Below are positions 26,526 through 34,851 of a stretch of DNA of 54,351 nt, piece by piece. Each line of letters begins with the position of its first letter. Position 1 is the stretch's first letter. Under the pieces are notes generated by a model that did not search any database, was not told the DNA's origin, and saw only the letters and a list, made by a program, of their open reading frames with translations. A program made the position numbers and the translations under genes. The DNA is from a virus: IMG/VR virus record IMGVR_UViG_3300045988_082110, positions 1-54,351 of that record; one strand, given 5' to 3'.

Positions 26526-27231
26526 TGATGTCTGCTTTGGTGAGATACTTTTCTAGGAGGGGCTGAGATAGAAAATATTCAGGAGATACACCATCTTCCA
26601 ATATGTCCTCAACCGTTGACTCTAACTTGATAGGAGAAGGGAAGTGGTACTCTGGGCTCGGCTCGTCTTCTGTGCGTAGGATGGAGATAACAAAGATACG
26701 CTCACGATTCTGAGGGATTCCGTAATCTTTTGCATTCAGTACCTTGTAGAAGGAGGTGTAACCGAAGGAGTCAAGGTCTTTGACGTACTGGAAGAAGTAC
26801 TTTCTCATTGACTTTGAGAGAAGACCTTTTACGTTTTCGAGCATAACGTACTTTGGTTTCTTGACTGCCAGCATTCTCTTCTCCTGAAAGATAAGGGATG
26901 AGCGTGTTCCGCTGCCTTCCTCTGCTCCTTGGCGAAGTCCTGCATTGGAGAAATCTTGGCATGGTGAAGACCATGATATGAAGTCGAAGTCGGGAACCTC
27001 ATTCCAGTCTATCCTTGTCACGTCTCCATAGTTAGGTATATCTCTTCCGTGCAGGAGTCCGTAGGCTTGGATGGCTGATGGTTCTATCTCTGAGTAGCCC
27101 ACTACCTTGAAGTCGAACTCAGGATGCTTATCTTTGAGGTACTTGAAGGCTAGGCTCTGACTGCCATATCCTGCGAATGCCTCAAAGACTCTGAGAGGAT
27201 GCTGCTTGTTGTACTTACTGATTGCTATCAT
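26473..27231 (-). CDS. C5-cytosine DNA methyltransferase fragment 1: motifs I to VIII
   Basis: FEAFAGYGS (motif I), SSPCQDFSNAG (IV), MLENVKGL (VI), QNRERIFVI (VIII). Confidence 0.88.
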   Translation of the reverse strand: MIAISKYNKQHPLRVFEAFAGYGSQSLAFKYLKDKHPEFDFKVVGYSEIEPSAIQAYGLLHGRDIPNYGDVTRIDWNEVPDFDFISWSSPCQDFSNAGLRQGAEEGSGTRSSLIFQEKRMLAVKKPKYVMLENVKGLLSKSMRKYFFQYVKDLDSFGYTSFYKVLNAKDYGIPQNRERIFVISILRTEDEPSPEYHFPSPIKLESTVEDILEDGVSPEYFLSQPLLEKYLTKADINESIEKLYPEDSNTENC

Positions 27232-27252
27232 TTTGGTAAACAGATTTGTGGT

Positions 27253-27786
27253 TTATGGATTCCATTGGATGCCCAAGCGTTCCAAAGTTCCGTTATCACG
27301 ATATATCTCCAACTGCTTTCGGCATAGGCTATGAGGATTCTTTTGCAGAAGCTCTATCATTCCTATGATGCGTGTTTTGAAAACGTTGTCCTTATCCGCA
27401 TTTGTTACGTTCTGTTCAGCCTTCGTCTTTGCGATGAGTTGACTGATTTCGGAAGGATTCTCGTTAACGGATGCTGGCGGTGGAGTTGCTCCGATGATTT
27501 CATCTTCCCATCCTCGTTGGTTAAGGAAGGTTTGGAAGTTCTTTCTGTACTGCTTGTCGGGCTGTGAGATTACATAGAGAGGAATATACTCTATAGCTGC
27601 CTTGCGGTCTTTCAGGCTCATGGAGTTCCATTTCTTTTCGAGTTTGGCTTTGCAGCCTACCTTCTTGTCGTACAAGTTCCATGCTCGTTCAAAGGTATAT
27701 TCGTCTTTGATTTCCTTGGGAGGAGCGGTAACCTTGTAGCCATTCTCTTCTAGAAGCTGGATGGCTTGTTTGATTTCATCTGTCAT
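27253..27786 (-). CDS. Conserved phage hypothetical protein (177 aa)
   Basis: FERAWNLYDKKVGCKAKLEKKW ... FLNQRGWEDE pattern. Function unknown. Confidence 0.5.
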   Translation of the reverse strand: MTDEIKQAIQLLEENGYKVTAPPKEIKDEYTFERAWNLYDKKVGCKAKLEKKWNSMSLKDRKAAIEYIPLYVISQPDKQYRKNFQTFLNQRGWEDEIIGATPPPASVNENPSEISQLIAKTKAEQNVTNADKDNVFKTRIIGMIELLQKNPHSLCRKQLEIYRDNGTLERLGIQWNP

Positions 27787-28208
27787 AGTTCACCATTTAA
27801 ATAATTGTCGATTGCTTGGATAAATTCATCTATAGAGCGGACGATGATGTACTTGCCACCATGTCGTTCTACTTCATACTGGAATACCTTCTGCTCGGGT
27901 TCCTGCCTACCTTTCGGTGTTTTATTTTCGATGCAGAGGAAACCATACTGAGAGGTGCGCTTCAGGAGGAGCATATCTGAAACTCCTGTCTTCATACCTT
28001 CTTCTTTGAGCCATTCGGCTTGTCGGGAAGTTCGCTTGCCACCATTAGGAACGGCAAAGAAGACTCCTTCAAGGTCAGGATATACCCCACGGATATACCT
28101 GACCTCTGCGGCTTGCAAGTTGTGCTCATCATAGGATGAACGCTTGCGTATCTTCTTGCCTTCCTGCTGTAGCTTTGCCTTGATTTCAGCGTAGCTTGCC
28201 ATTACCAA
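27783..28208 (-). CDS. VRR-NUC domain nuclease
   Basis: FAVPNGGKRT..., GVSDMLLL, FLCIENKTPKGRQEPEQKVF. Confidence 0.75.
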   Translation of the reverse strand: MVMASYAEIKAKLQQEGKKIRKRSSYDEHNLQAAEVRYIRGVYPDLEGVFFAVPNGGKRTSRQAEWLKEEGMKTGVSDMLLLKRTSQYGFLCIENKTPKGRQEPEQKVFQYEVERHGGKYIIVRSIDEFIQAIDNYLNGEL

Positions 28209-28957
28209 TCGGTTGAGAAAAGGTCGTTGAGAGAATCTTTACCCATCAAGCGGATGGCTTCATTTGTAAGTTTTGCGCTCTTGAAGTAAACGCTTCCGTT
28301 GTTTGTTAAACCATTGTAATTTGGATAATAGCTATTATTAAGTTTAATGATGTTCCAATTTTGATAATGACTACAAAAATTCGGTTTCCAGCCTTCGTTG
28401 AGATACTTGGCGATGTTCTGCAACTTGTTGAAGGCAATCAAACGTTTTACCTGAGCCTCGCTTGTGCAGTTGTCAACATCTTTGTAATTTGATGGTGATG
28501 CCATGTCTGAGTCAATACCATCTTTATAAGCCCAGTATATCTTATTCTTCCAGAAGAGACTCTTGCAAATATCATCATAAGTGATAGGCTTTTCCTCTTC
28601 TTTGATACGAACATTTTCATGTCCCGTCTTCTGACGAACCATCAACTTACCATCCTCAGCGAAGAAGAACTGGAGATTATCAGGGATAGGGTACTCTACT
28701 GCCGAGCCATCAGCAGGAATACGCAACTTAGATAAGGTTGCCTTTCCGTTATTGATGTTGGTAACATCTTGATTGCTGATGCCTTCTGCGTGAATATCAG
28801 GAGTTTCCTCGTTATTCTCTGCCATCTTCTTGGCAATCATGTCTACACCTTTGCCAACGATTGCTCCGAAAAGCATCTGTGCAAATGGTGGTAACTCTGG
28901 GGTGTTGTTGCGCTGACGATTACGTCTGTTGTTGCGCTTGTCGTTTCTACGTGTCAT
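28202..28957 (-). CDS. Hypothetical protein with Arg/Asn-rich N-terminus (about 251 aa)
   Basis: The start MTRRNDKRNNRRNRQRN lies directly after the upstream stop. Confidence 0.5.
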   Translation of the reverse strand: MTRRNDKRNNRRNRQRNNTPELPPFAQMLFGAIVGKGVDMIAKKMAENNEETPDIHAEGISNQDVTNINNGKATLSKLRIPADGSAVEYPIPDNLQFFFAEDGKLMVRQKTGHENVRIKEEEKPITYDDICKSLFWKNKIYWAYKDGIDSDMASPSNYKDVDNCTSEAQVKRLIAFNKLQNIAKYLNEGWKPNFCSHYQNWNIIKLNNSYYPNYNGLTNNGSVYFKSAKLTNEAIRLMGKDSLNDLFSTDW

Positions 28958-28958
28958 A

Positions 28959-29396
28959 TCAACTATAATTTTGTAAAATGTTATTAAACTCGTCTTCTGT
29001 AACACCATCTGCATAGAGTATCGTGAGGATGGTGTCTAAGACTCTACTATATACTTCATTGAAGGCTGGCTCATCCATCTTGGCGAAGGAGATAGACTTG
29101 GCTCTCTCCAAGAACTTCTGTCCGTTGAGGTCGTAAAGCGGTTCGCTGAATCCTGATGTTATCAGAAGCTGCTCACGGAATGTGTCTATAGAACGTAGGT
29201 TTGTGCGCTGCTGCTCTGTGAGACAATCCCATGCTGTTCTGATAAGGGAGAAGAACTTGCGGTGAAACTTAATGTTCCTTGGTCGAACTATGTTCGCCTT
29301 GACGATGGAACCAACCTTTATCTTTTTCATTTCCTCGTAATCATCATCCGTGTAGGGGCGAAGACCAGTGGAGGTTCTTACTAGATGAATTTCCAT
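28959..29396 (-). CDS. Hypothetical recombination-module protein (145 aa; DUF1367-like impression)
   Basis: It sits between the SSB and nuclease genes. The family assignment is from memory only. Confidence 0.45.
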   Translation of the reverse strand: MEIHLVRTSTGLRPYTDDDYEEMKKIKVGSIVKANIVRPRNIKFHRKFFSLIRTAWDCLTEQQRTNLRSIDTFREQLLITSGFSEPLYDLNGQKFLERAKSISFAKMDEPAFNEVYSRVLDTILTILYADGVTEDEFNNILQNYS

Positions 29397-29406
29397 ACCT
29401 TATTTA

Positions 29407-29898
29407 TTATTGATTTGGGGCAGGGAAGGGAAGACCCTGCAGCTGACCACCTGCATATTGAGCGTTCTGCTGAATAGGTTGACCGCTTGCGTTAACCTGA
29501 GGGGGAAAAGTCTGCATCTGCTGCTGGATAGGTGCTGGCTGCGGTGGATAGTTGGCTGCTTGCTGCTGAGGAACCTGACCAACCTGACTCTGGACAACCT
29601 GTCCTTGCTGCTGGGCATTTGGTCGTTTCACCTTCCAACAATCCAACTGATTGAACCATCGTCCGTCTCTAGACTGATGCGCCTTCAATCCGATGTTGGC
29701 TGTGATGATTTCACCTACCTGGATGCCGAACTGCTGAATCTTGTCTGAACCGTAAACTTGGATAACGGCTCTTGAAGGGTACTGCTGATTCAACTCTTCG
29801 ATAACAAACTCTTGGGAACTCCATTGGGTTCCGTTTTGTGAAGTTCCCATTTGAACTTGCCCTGCTGCAATAATTTTACCAGTAAATTTAACGTTCAT
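29407..29898 (-). CDS. Single-stranded DNA-binding protein (OB fold, Gln/Pro-rich tail)
   Basis: An N-terminal OB-like domain of about 95 aa, a Q/P-rich linker, and a C-terminal GLPFPAPNQ resembling the SSB acidic-tip position. Confidence 0.6.
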   Translation of the reverse strand: MNVKFTGKIIAAGQVQMGTSQNGTQWSSQEFVIEELNQQYPSRAVIQVYGSDKIQQFGIQVGEIITANIGLKAHQSRDGRWFNQLDCWKVKRPNAQQQGQVVQSQVGQVPQQQAANYPPQPAPIQQQMQTFPPQVNASGQPIQQNAQYAGGQLQGLPFPAPNQ

Positions 29899-29906
29899 AT
29901 CTATAC

Positions 29907-30830
29907 TTAATTAAGTTTGATTCTTATTGACGGCTTGGTGGTCGTTTCCTTTAGATAGTGCTCGTAGTGGTCAGGCTCCGTGTCCTTGAACAGCTTCGTG
30001 TCGAAGGTCTTCTTGGTGGTAGCTGCCACATAAGAGTAGGAGGCGAACTGAGTCTTGACGGATTTCTGCTTATTGTCTTCCATCATCTTCATTATCTTTT
30101 CCTTCAACTCATCCTGCTTAATCTTTAGGGCATCCACACGAGCGGTTATCAATCTGAACTCCTGCTCTAGGGCAGAGAACTGCTCAGGAACCTCCACCTT
30201 ATATTGGTACTCTGCATCATCAGCGAGATAAGCGTTGATTAAATCGTCAATCTGCCAATCTGCTACCCTAGGTAGCGGCTGGAACTTGCTCTGTCCGTTC
30301 TTGAACCACATGCAGACAATCTCCTTCACCTTCAAGTCGGGGTTCTGCTCCTCGAACCATTTTGCATAGATAGATAATTGGAGAGATACATTGTCGTAGT
30401 GAAGGGTGGCGGTGGTCTTGTAATCTACAAGATAGATGTTGCCTTCGTTGTCGGCAAAGATTCCATCAATGGCAGATGCAAAGTTTTCACCATCTGTAAC
30501 AAGATACTCGGATGCTACATAGTGTAAATCGTATGCGACTAACATACTATGGAAGGCTTGAAGCTCTTCCGTAGGATTCGGGTACTGCTTGATGTCGGCA
30601 TCGAAGATGGAGCAGAATGTTTCAAACGTGTTGTGGATAAGACCTCCTCGCTCTGCTGCCTTCTTCAATACAGACTCGGGAATATTCTTGTAGGTGTCGG
30701 GGAATGCTTTCTTGATGAGCGTTCCCGTTACTCCTTTCAGTTCCTTCTTGCCGATGAAGTACTGGTGAGACTCCTCAATGAATGTGACTCTTGGTACATT
30801 CAAAGTGATTTTCTTTGTTTCTGTTGTCAT
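29907..30830 (-). CDS. PD-(D/E)XK exonuclease (RecB/Cas4-like recombination exonuclease)
   Basis: AIDGIFADNEGNIYLVDYKT and QLSIY motifs. It lies adjacent to the annealing protein gene. Confidence 0.7.
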   Translation of the reverse strand: MTTETKKITLNVPRVTFIEESHQYFIGKKELKGVTGTLIKKAFPDTYKNIPESVLKKAAERGGLIHNTFETFCSIFDADIKQYPNPTEELQAFHSMLVAYDLHYVASEYLVTDGENFASAIDGIFADNEGNIYLVDYKTTATLHYDNVSLQLSIYAKWFEEQNPDLKVKEIVCMWFKNGQSKFQPLPRVADWQIDDLINAYLADDAEYQYKVEVPEQFSALEQEFRLITARVDALKIKQDELKEKIMKMMEDNKQKSVKTQFASYSYVAATTKKTFDTKLFKDTEPDHYEHYLKETTTKPSIRIKLN

Positions 30831-30831
30831 A

Positions 30832-31425
30832 TTATTGTATACCTAATTGTTTCTTCTTGGCTGATACTGCTTGCATGAACTGAGTGTTAGAGCAGAGTGG
30901 CTGGTAATGCTGAATTACCCACAACAGATTGTCCTTACTAACACATCTGCTCAGATAGCCCAATCCTTCGTTCAGGTCGCTCGGGTGGTACTCAGGGGCG
31001 GCTGGCTGCTGAGTCTGTGTCTGCTGCTGCGCTGCCTGATGCTGCCCATCGTTGGTGATATCAGAATCAGCATTATCATCAATAGCAAAGAGACCGTTGA
31101 GGGCATACTTTCGGGCGTAAGAGGAAGATGCTCCAGTAATCTGACTGCCATCCATACCTTTCTTGGTTTCCTCTTCTCTAGCCCAACCATTGGTTGTTTC
31201 ACACTCGCACTTCTCGTTCTTGATGGTAGCAGTTGCTTTCACGTAGATGCGGTTGCCTACCATCACAATATCATCTGTGATGGTTAGCGTGCATTTCTGC
31301 TTGTTGAGCAAAGGCTTGACAGCTTCAAGAATGTCCTCAGCCTTGCGATACTTGTAGCCACCGAAGTTATTGAACTGACTCTTCGGGGCTTTCAGTTCTG
31401 ACTGAATTGTGATAAGTTCCTTCAT
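30832..31425 (-). CDS. erf: ERF-family single-strand annealing protein
   Basis: FGGYKYRKAEDILEAVKPLL and SSSYARKYALNGLFAID. Confidence 0.7.
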   Translation of the reverse strand: MKELITIQSELKAPKSQFNNFGGYKYRKAEDILEAVKPLLNKQKCTLTITDDIVMVGNRIYVKATATIKNEKCECETTNGWAREEETKKGMDGSQITGASSSYARKYALNGLFAIDDNADSDITNDGQHQAAQQQTQTQQPAAPEYHPSDLNEGLGYLSRCVSKDNLLWVIQHYQPLCSNTQFMQAVSAKKKQLGIQ

Positions 31426-31451
31426 ATCTTATATGTATTAAGTTGTTATTG

Positions 31452-31562
31452 ATATTTCCATTCATAGCGGCTGCATTTGTAGCCACCATCAGGGTTCTTA
31501 TTCGGGTTGTCACACATGGTCAAGAAGAGACAATCGTGACAACTATTTGCTTTATATCTCAT
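31452..31562 (-). CDS. Possible 36-aa Cys-rich peptide
   Basis: Hand translation gives MRYKANSCHDCLFLTMCDNPNKNPDGGYKCSRYEWKYQ. Confidence 0.3.
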
Positions 31563-31592
31563 ATTGTATGGTTTGAAATGTTCAAATTAAAA

Positions 31593-31638
31593 GCCCCACG
31601 ATTCTCACGAATGGTGGGGCGAGAGTTTTTTATTTTTG
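31593..31638. terminator. Bidirectional hairpin with T-runs on both sides
   Basis: GCCCCAC-14 nt-GTGGGGC, followed by TTTTTTATTTTT on the plus strand and CTTTTAATTT on the minus strand. Confidence 0.6.
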
Positions 31639-32192
31639 TTTAACCTGAGCGGTCGCTACCGCATCGAAAATGTAATCTGTATGAAAGACACTAATATGTC
31701 AATATTTGCAATTTCCTTTAGAAAAGGAGGGGCAGTAAAATGAATATGATAAAACCGCCACCTCCGTGGAGCGACATCTATACAATCTTGGCGGATGGTG
31801 AATCGCTCCTTGGTTCCCTTCTGCATTCATGGAGGCTTAGGACTCCCAGCACTAGTAATCGCACATATTGTGATATATCTGATTTCTATAAAATAACCAA
31901 TTATAACTATTGAACCGAATAGAAAGAAAGCGTGCTGGCTGCATTAGAACCGATTTGTAGTTGTGCGCTCCTACCTTTAGATGCTACCTTATTATATAAG
32001 GGTCACGGCATCAGGTCTGCTTCTTCACAAGTGAACTCCAAGTTTTTCCAAATTCCACCTATCAGGTGTATGTACTCGCTTGCCACTTCCACGTCTAAGC
32101 ACCATCTGTGGTTAATGATGCTCCTTTTGGGTACGTGTACCTCTCTAGGAAGGTTTATCCTATCCGATATAAAGCCTTGGAATCGGGCTATA

Positions 32193-32271
32193 TGGGGCGC
32201 AAGGTGGGACTCGAACCCACGACCTCGAAGGCTCATAAACCTTCATACTCTACCAACTGAGTTACTTGCGC
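32193..32271 (-). tRNA. tRNA with a non-canonical anticodon arm (20 nt instead of 17); identity undetermined
   Basis: Acceptor stem GCGCAAG/CTTGCGC, U8, D arm ACTC-AGTTGGTA-GAGT, variable loop AGGTC, T arm GTGGG-TTCGAGT-CCCAC, discriminator C, encoded CCA. The anticodon arm is TGAAGG-TTTATGAG-CCTTCG. Confidence 0.8.
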
Positions 32272-32546
32272 TGGGTAAAAACTTAAAACATGTAAAATTA
32301 TAACGACAAAGTTCTAGTGGAGACTGGGAGTAGCAAACTCCAAAAAACCTCTGCTGTTTTCAATGACTGAAATATCATAAGACTTAACACACTAATAACT
32401 TAATACTTAACTATTCTTGTGAGGTTCAATCTCCATATTTCTTACTTGCCTACCTCCTTGAAGTAGGAGTGGATTTCCTTAACGGCAACAGCGAAAGCGA
32501 TTACGCTAGCTACCAACATTACATCTGCTATCATAAGTTTATCTGT

Positions 32547-32828
32547 TTAATGGGTAAAACAATAGGCTGCTGCCTCTGATTTCAACTCTGCCATGCTCTT
32601 CCTTCGATTCTGAGTCATCCACTCTTCCAACTCGCTCTTCTTGAAGTAGAGTCGGTTCACATTTGGTTTATAGCAAGGAATGATGCGGTTCCTGACGTTC
32701 TCTCTCACTCCTCTAACCGTCATACCAAGAATGATTGCAGCTTCATTAATGTTGAGCACATTCTTTGCAGCTATGAGCGAATACTGCTCTATGCGGTCTA
32801 GCTGCTCTTTAATCTCTGGGTCTATCAT
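32547..32828 (-). CDS. Excisionase/MerR-like helix-turn-helix DNA-binding protein
   Basis: LNINEAAIILGMTVRGVRENV...LYFKKSELEEWM. The start MIDPEIKE lies after the upstream stop. Confidence 0.6.
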   Translation of the reverse strand: MIDPEIKEQLDRIEQYSLIAAKNVLNINEAAIILGMTVRGVRENVRNRIIPCYKPNVNRLYFKKSELEEWMTQNRRKSMAELKSEAAAYCFTH

Positions 32829-32829
32829 A

Positions 32830-33690
32830 TCAGTTGAATTTGAGGGTTTGTTGACTGGCACTAGCTGCCTTGGCTGGCTCTGTTCTACCAGTGCCCTTAT
32901 TGCTGGGAGTGTTCTCCTGCTCTATCAAGGGGAGAATGCCCTTCGCTTTGAGTGATTCATATAGGAAGATTCTTCCTTTCGTTGCCCACTCGGTGTTGTA
33001 CTTCACATCATGCCGACCATCACTCCTTACGATGTCTACTGCTCTGCTGTGAACATATCCACCTTCTAAGAACTGGGCAAACAATATCCATTGACCTCTT
33101 ACCTTGTGCTGGATTCTCATAGACTCCAACTCCTTGTTTAACCTCATGGCACTCATTCCGTAGTCCTGAGCAATCTGAGTAACGGTCATAGTGGCATTAC
33201 TCTGCAAGATTTTGTCGTAGTAGCTGACCTTCGGCAGCATTTCGGTAATCTTGTTGCCGAGTTCCATGTTCGTCTTGCTGATAGTGAGGATTTGTTCCTG
33301 CTGCTTCTTATTTTCCAAAGCTAGCTGCTGTTTCTCCTCCTCAGCCTTGACCAGAGATTTGAGAGCTTCGAGATAGTTCTGAGGAACGGATGGCTTTTGA
33401 TGTTGCTCTTCCAGTTCCTTCCATCGTTTAATCAACTTGGCTCTCGCTTCATCGTTGAACTTGGTGGCGATGTAGAGACATTCTTCCTTGTTGAGGGAGT
33501 AGCAAGGTCTCGTCTCGCCTTTTTCATCTTTGTAATCAACCAGCTCAAACTTGCGCCCGTTGATATTTTCCCAAGCTGGCTCCATGTTTCTGATTGCTCT
33601 CATAACATTTTTGTGGAGCCTTGCAGTAATCTCTGCAATCTGTAGTGATGTCATTCTGTCACCATCTACAATAGTTGAAAGTTCATTCAT
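32830..33690 (-). CDS. Rha-family regulator fused to a KilAC/antirepressor C-terminal domain
   Basis: N-terminal MTSLQIAEITARLHKNVMRAIRNM, a coiled-coil middle region, and a C-terminal TVTQIAQDYGMSAMRLNKELE. Confidence 0.7.
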   Translation of the reverse strand: MNELSTIVDGDRMTSLQIAEITARLHKNVMRAIRNMEPAWENINGRKFELVDYKDEKGETRPCYSLNKEECLYIATKFNDEARAKLIKRWKELEEQHQKPSVPQNYLEALKSLVKAEEEKQQLALENKKQQEQILTISKTNMELGNKITEMLPKVSYYDKILQSNATMTVTQIAQDYGMSAMRLNKELESMRIQHKVRGQWILFAQFLEGGYVHSRAVDIVRSDGRHDVKYNTEWATKGRIFLYESLKAKGILPLIEQENTPSNKGTGRTEPAKAASASQQTLKFN

Positions 33691-33711
33691 AGGATTCCTC
33701 CTTCTTTATTA

Positions 33712-33909
33712 TTAGTAGAACATGACCTTATCGGTCTTAACTCCTCCGAACTCATTCAGGGCATCATGCCTGATGCTTTCGGATTGCTTGCTCTGACTTC
33801 TAAATGCAAGAGCGTTGAAGATTGTTTCTCTACAGCAACCATATCGCTCAGCAAGTTTTTTTCGTCCTTCAAGCGAAACTTTGATAATTTTTATCTTTTT
33901 TACTTGCAT
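33712..33909 (-). CDS. Small Cro-like HTH protein (65 aa)
   Basis: RKKLAERYGCCRETIFNAL. It is divergent from the CI-like gene. Confidence 0.5.
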   Translation of the reverse strand: MQVKKIKIIKVSLEGRKKLAERYGCCRETIFNALAFRSQSKQSESIRHDALNEFGGVKTDKVMFY

Positions 33910-33969
33910 ATCTTAATTTTTTATTGTACTTTTGCTTCTAATAATTAAGCAACTTGTTGTTTACGAGTG

Positions 33970-33977
33970 CAAAGATA
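33970..33977 (-). promoter_or_regulatory. -7 box TATCTTTG for the early leftward operon
   Basis: Plus strand reads CAAAGATA, 60 nt upstream of ATG 33909. Confidence 0.55.
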
Positions 33978-33985
33978 GTCATTTA

Positions 33986-34022
33986 TTGCTAAATCTCCAA
34001 ATATTTAGCAAGAAATTGCTAA
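33986..34022. promoter_or_regulatory. Operator-like repeats: TTGCTAAAT / ATTTAGCAA inverted pair plus a third TTGCTAA
   Basis: 33986-33994 and 34003-34011 are exact reverse complements of each other. TTGCTAA recurs at 34016-34022. All three lie between the divergent HTH genes. Confidence 0.5.
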
Positions 34023-34064
34023 CTGATTATGATTAATTAATTATGGTTTACAAATGTAAAATGT

Positions 34065-34466
34065 ATGGAAGTAACTATTTATCAGCGAATTATGCTAATT
34101 TTAGAAGATAAGCAAGTATCGGTTAATGCTCTATCAAAGTTAGTCGATATGTCTCAAACTACCCTTAATACTCAGTTGAAGGGTGAGCGTGCTTTGTCTG
34201 CAAACGTTGTTGCCAAGGTTCTTGTAGCTTATCCTGACGTGTCTGCTGAGTGGTTGATGCGTGTGGTAGGTACTATGTATAGCAACCAAGATGCAGATGA
34301 TTCATCTTATATGGTAGCTGAGACTCCTCATCGTGAAGAACCTAAGATAGAAGAGTCTCATCAGGATGATTCTGTATGGAAGGCGAAGTATGAGGAACTG
34401 GAGAAACGCTACGACCAGCTATTGTCTATCTTGGGCGGTGGCGTGAGAAAAGCAAATGTAGGATAA
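34065..34466 (+). CDS. CI-like XRE-family repressor
   Basis: N-terminal HTH (VNALSKLVDMSQTTLNTQLKGER) and AEWLMRVVG, typical of Bacteroidota phage repressors. Confidence 0.65.
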   Translation: MEVTIYQRIMLILEDKQVSVNALSKLVDMSQTTLNTQLKGERALSANVVAKVLVAYPDVSAEWLMRVVGTMYSNQDADDSSYMVAETPHREEPKIEESHQDDSVWKAKYEELEKRYDQLLSILGGGVRKANVG

Positions 34467-34838
34467 TTAAAATGTGGTAGGTATGAAAAGATTATTTTTA
34501 GCTAGTTTTATGTTACTCTGTACATTTGTTGTATATCTTTATTATTCCAATACGATTTATTTTGTTAGTTAAACACCTGATTTATAAATAGTTATATATT
34601 TCTTCGTTTTTGATTAGTAACAAAATAGCAACAATGAAGTGTTAATCTTTGCAAAGTAACTAACTTGCCCACAACAAAGATAAGAATTAAATCTTATTCA
34701 CAATTAATTTTCAAAAAGACTTTAACTTAGATTAACATTGTATCATTTCGTATATCTAATGTATATCTATTTCCCTAAAAAATCAATTTCGTTTACATTC
34801 AACACTTTTTAGCATTTGGTGGTTTCAGAAAAAGTTTC

Positions 34839-34846
34839 TATCTTTG
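34839..34846 (+). promoter_or_regulatory. -7 box TATCTTTG with no ORF behind it
   Basis: Perfect TAnnTTTG. The next convincing CDS starts about 455 nt downstream. Confidence 0.5.
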
Positions 34847-34851
34847 CATCG

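Noticed and set aside
31932-32303. 123-aa plus-strand ORF
   Set aside because: It runs antisense across a well-formed tRNA gene, has a non-ATG start, and has no promoter or motif.
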